A DNA stretch of 64,000 nucleotides, from the NCBI GenBank assembly GCA_951406725.2, contig OX597822.1, forward strand, positions 60,636,001-60,700,000, in the 5' to 3' direction. The notes below the pieces were generated by a model. That model was given only the letters and a program-made list of their open reading frames with translations. It made no database searches and was not told the origin of the DNA. The stretch comes from Octopus vulgaris. Lineage: Eukaryota. A program made the translations under genes and the position numbers. Below are positions 60,078 through 64,000 of this stretch, piece by piece; the stretch's first letter is position 1, and every line of letters starts with the position of its first letter.

Positions 60078-62790
60078 GTGATACTCTGTGATGGGGTTTT
60101 CAACATCACGGGGTACAACCTCTTCCGTAAGGACCGCATTAACCGCCGTGGTGGTGGTGTGATGGTCTACGTTCGTTCAAATTTTTCGGTAATTCCTTGT
60201 GCCGATTTGAACGAATCACAAGAAGTTTTTTTCTGTGACGTACGTATGACCATGTCAACACTCCTGCTTGGCGTTGTTTATCGTCCCCCAAATTACCATC
60301 AGGACACACAGCTTTGCAATATCCTCCGAGCTGCTGCCAGGAAAACAGCCACTTATGTTTTTATTGCAGGCGATTTCAATCATCCTGAGATCAATTGGGA
60401 AACCTTCCATTGGCCACAGAGTGCAAACGATTTTGTTGAGCTTGTGCTGGACTCAAACTGGTCACAAGTAGTCACCTCTCCAACAAGAGGCGACAACACC
60501 TTGGACCTGCTCTTCACCACAACTCCTGAAGCGGTTATCAATTGCACTACGGAGGAACCTCTAGGTGACTCTGATCATGCTATGATCATCGCCAATCTGG
60601 CTCTTGCGGGCAACAAAAACCTGAACCATCTCCAATCTGCTTCCTTCGATTGGAAGAGAGCAGATTGGAACCTGTACCACACTGAACTACAGCACCCAAA
60701 CTGGCGTGAATTCTACAACTCTGGAGATGTGAATGCTATACTCCAGAGTATCCTGGACTCAATATGGGCAGCATGTGCAGCATCAGTGCCACGTAAACAG
60801 AAAAAGAAGAACCGCCCCAAAAGGGCAATTTGGGAAACTTCAGCGGTCCGACTTGCCAGGAAGGAACGTCGGACTGCTGAACGGGAATACAAGTTGCATA
60901 AATCAGACGCCAACAGGAAGAAGCGGAATAAATCCTCCAACCATCTCAAGCAAGTAACAAAAAAAGCAGTGCTTGAATTTGAACAGTGCATAGCAGCCAA
61001 TCCTGACAGCAAGGTTTTCTGGAAATATGTGCATTCAAAGCATAGACCTCACTCTCCAGTGGGCCTTCTTCGCAACCCTCACACAAACCAGATCACTGAC
61101 GACCCCAAGGAATGCGCAGAACTCATTGCCGAGTGCTATGCAAACATATTCACTGTTGAAAGTCAAAATGTACCATCTTCACCATCACTAACAGCAAATT
61201 CCATAACAACTATGGAATTTACACCTGCAATGCTGCGACGTCACCTTCAAAATAAGCGCAACTATGCCTCCCCTGGTCTCGATGGAGTTACATACCTGCT
61301 TCTCAAACGTGGCAGGTACTTCCTTTTACACCAGCTTTCTATTTTCTTCCAGTACTGTCTCAACAATGGTGCTAGTCCGGAGCAGTGGAAAACTGCCAGT
61401 GTCATTCCTCTGTTCAAAAAGGGCGACCGCACATCACCTGTCAACTATCGCCCAGTCAGTCTCACTAGCTGTATTGCAAAACTGATGGAATCGTGTGTCA
61501 GAGAAACACTCTGGAACTTCTGGAGCTCTCACAGTCTCATCCGACCCTCACAATATGGATTTGTCCCTAACTCCAGCTGCAGTGACCAGCTTGTCGAGTT
61601 CCTTGAGGACATTACTCAGATCACTGACAGTGGCTCATGGGTGGATGTTGTCTACCTTGACTTTGCTAAAGCTTTCAACTCTGTGCCACACAAAAGGCTT
61701 ATGGTGAAACTCTCTGCAATGGGTGTGGGGGATGACCTTTTTAACTGGTTGAAATCCTTCATCCTCAGCCGAAAGGAGGTAGTCACAGTTCTAGGACAGC
61801 ACTCTACACCATATGAGATGTCATCGGGTGTACCACAGGGATCTGTCCTTGGTCCCCTCTTGTTTGTGGCATACATTAATGACATAGATGCCAATCTAAA
61901 GAATGCCACAGTATTGAAATATGCAGACGACATCAAGCTGTACCTTGAAATCAAGAGGACAGATCCTGATGTCTACAACTCTTTCCTGCAATCAGACCTA
62001 GACACAATGCAGCAATGGATCACAGACTGGCAACTGAAACTGACTGTGGACAAGTGTACCACCATGCATTTTGGGAGAAAAAACCCTGCGTTCACATACT
62101 CCCTCCACAACACTGATATCAAGAAATCCTCTTGCGAGCGTGACCTAGGCATCACTGTCAGCAGTGATTTGCGTTGGACAAAGCATATCTCTAAAATTGT
62201 CAAGAAGGCCGAGGGTGTCTTGGCATCACTCAGCAAAACTTTTGTTAGCCGCTCTCCAGCCATCTATTTAAAACTGTATACAGCTATGGTACGACCACAC
62301 TTGGAATTCGCATCATCGGTTTGGAACCCCTATCTTGCTCAGAACATTGACCTCCTGGAATCTGTCCAGAGACGTGCAACCAAACGCATACCCTCCATCA
62401 GACACCTACCATATTCTGAGCGCCTTGTTTCCCTGGGCATGGATTCACTGAAGCTCCGGCGTCTGGCGACGGACTTGGTAAACACCCACAAAGTTATCAA
62501 CCACCTCACCAACAACAACACTGAACACCTTTTTGATCTCCATGTGTCTAACACACGTGGACATGCCTACAAAGTCAGAAAACAACACAGCTCCCATGAC
62601 TTTCGGAAACATTTTTCACGCTCAGAGTTGCTGAAGCATGGAATAAACTGCCTGCGTCAGTTGTTGACTGCCATGACACTGCATCCTTTAAGGCCCTCAT
62701 GCTTTCCGAAATCCGCCGATTATATATACACTTTAGATGAGTTGTAGTGCACCTGAGCACTGTACACAATTATTATTATTATTATATATA
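60078..62790 (+). mobile_element. CR1-group LINE, 5'-truncated within APE, ORF2 nearly intact
   Basis: GYNLFRKDR..GGGV, YRPP, GDFNHPEINW, TRGDNTLDL, LGDSDH (APE); NYRPVSLTS, VYLDFAKAF, GVPQGSVLGP, YADDIKLY (RT); RPHLEFASSVWNP, TRGH; frameshift near 62615; (TTA)n tail; starts after (CA)n, so the ORF-track N-terminus is spurious. Confidence 0.95.
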
Positions 62791-63330
62791 TGAGTTCTAT
62801 TTCATCCTTTACTTTGCAGGGTTCCAAAGATTTCTAATAATGATTCTTCATCGGTAGCTTACTATTGTAAGTATTTTTTTTAAATATGAAAATGCTACAA
62901 GTATAAGGTTTGTTATGAGCATTTATAGAGCACGTATCCCATATAAACTCAACAAACAGTTAAAGAAGGAGAAGAGAGGGCGTTAGAAGTCTTATAAAAT
63001 TTTAATCCATGCATACGATCGTCTCCAATGGTAATATTAACATGTAATAAACATGGAAAAAAATCAAAAATTAATTTAATTAAAATCATAATTAAATTAT
63101 TTACATATTACTGTTCTCCTCAGTGCGAAAGAAGAATACATCAAAAAGAATAAATCAGAAGGATATTATATTGTTACAGAAGTCTAGATGGAGTGAGTGT
63201 CATATAACGTATTCAGATATTCATAATATTATGAAAGATGAAATATAAAAACATGCTTAGGTAGTGTTGAGTCTAGTTGTGCATGAACTATAACTGACGC
63301 GGCTAACGGATATTTTGAAATATAAGTGAA

Positions 63331-64000
63331 CTAGCAAACGCACCCGTCCTTTGGACAGTTTAAGTTGCTTTCGTGGTATTTTTTTCACCAAATAATTGAA
63401 CTACCGAGAAGGTTTATGTGTAGCATGGCAATCTGTTTCCGATTAACCTAGGAACGGAAAACCAAACTGAAGGCTGGTTATTATGGAGGTCGTTGCACTC
63501 TTAATGATCATTGAACATATAAGTTTGCAAGCGATGTAAAGTAGAGCTACTGAAGTGTTTTGGGAGTAGATTACGGATAATGACTACAAAATATAGTTGT
63601 TCTACACGAAAGCGAAATTTCTTGTCAGAAACAGCCACATAAATGGTGTAAGGAAATTGAACGAAAATGTTGAAACTTCCCCTCTGCGAGTTTCTTTTTT
63701 TTTCTTTTTCGGAGAGAAAAGCTAACAAAAGCCCCTTCATTCTATCTTCCCACATAGCGTGCACATAAACTAACAACGAATGCTGCATGAAGTTAAACTG
63801 TTATGGAGCTTCCTGAAAGATACGTATAGCTTTCGCTAGTGGAAGCAAAACTCTTATTTAAAGGTTGATTCGTTGGGACGAATCATATGTGAGTTTTTAA
63901 AAAAGGCTAGAATGACAATGCTAAAACGTATTTGAAACAATGGATAGTAGTCGAAATATCATAATGGATGGGTAAATAAGCATCCTTAAAGTGAAACAAC
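63331..64000 (-). mobile_element. Possible Helitron-like element 3' end
   Basis: Minus-strand hairpin (ctgtcc aaa ggacgg) about 10 nt before CTAG|T at 63331-63334; extent unknown. Confidence 0.4.

Overview
This is AT-rich, microsatellite-dense animal genomic DNA. The SINE and LINE repertoire suggests an octopod cephalopod (inference). Two host-gene pieces are visible: the last exon of a type-I membrane protein (+, 1826-1998) and eight canonically spliced coding exons of the ciliary gene CFAP119/CCDC189 (-, 35593 to 16398; start exon unresolved). Most of the rest is transposon-derived and often nested. It includes Penelope-like elements, a decayed Gypsy provirus (5-bp TSD) carrying a hAT MITE, an RTE LINE with a PHD finger inside its RT, non-autonomous Helitrons, mariner/Tc1 derivatives, tRNA-SINEs, a non-coding tRNA-Trp-primed LTR element plus a solo LTR, and a nearly intact CR1-type LINE. 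The most striking structure is a roughly 18-kb head-to-tail pile-up (about 36.7-54.5 kb, with a smaller one at 14-16.3 kb) of several divergent R4/Dong-clade RLE retrotransposons. Two short non-autonomous families lie among them, nearly all co-oriented and docked in (TAA)n microsatellites. All calls come from reading and translating by eye; no database search was run, and degenerate element boundaries are approximate.
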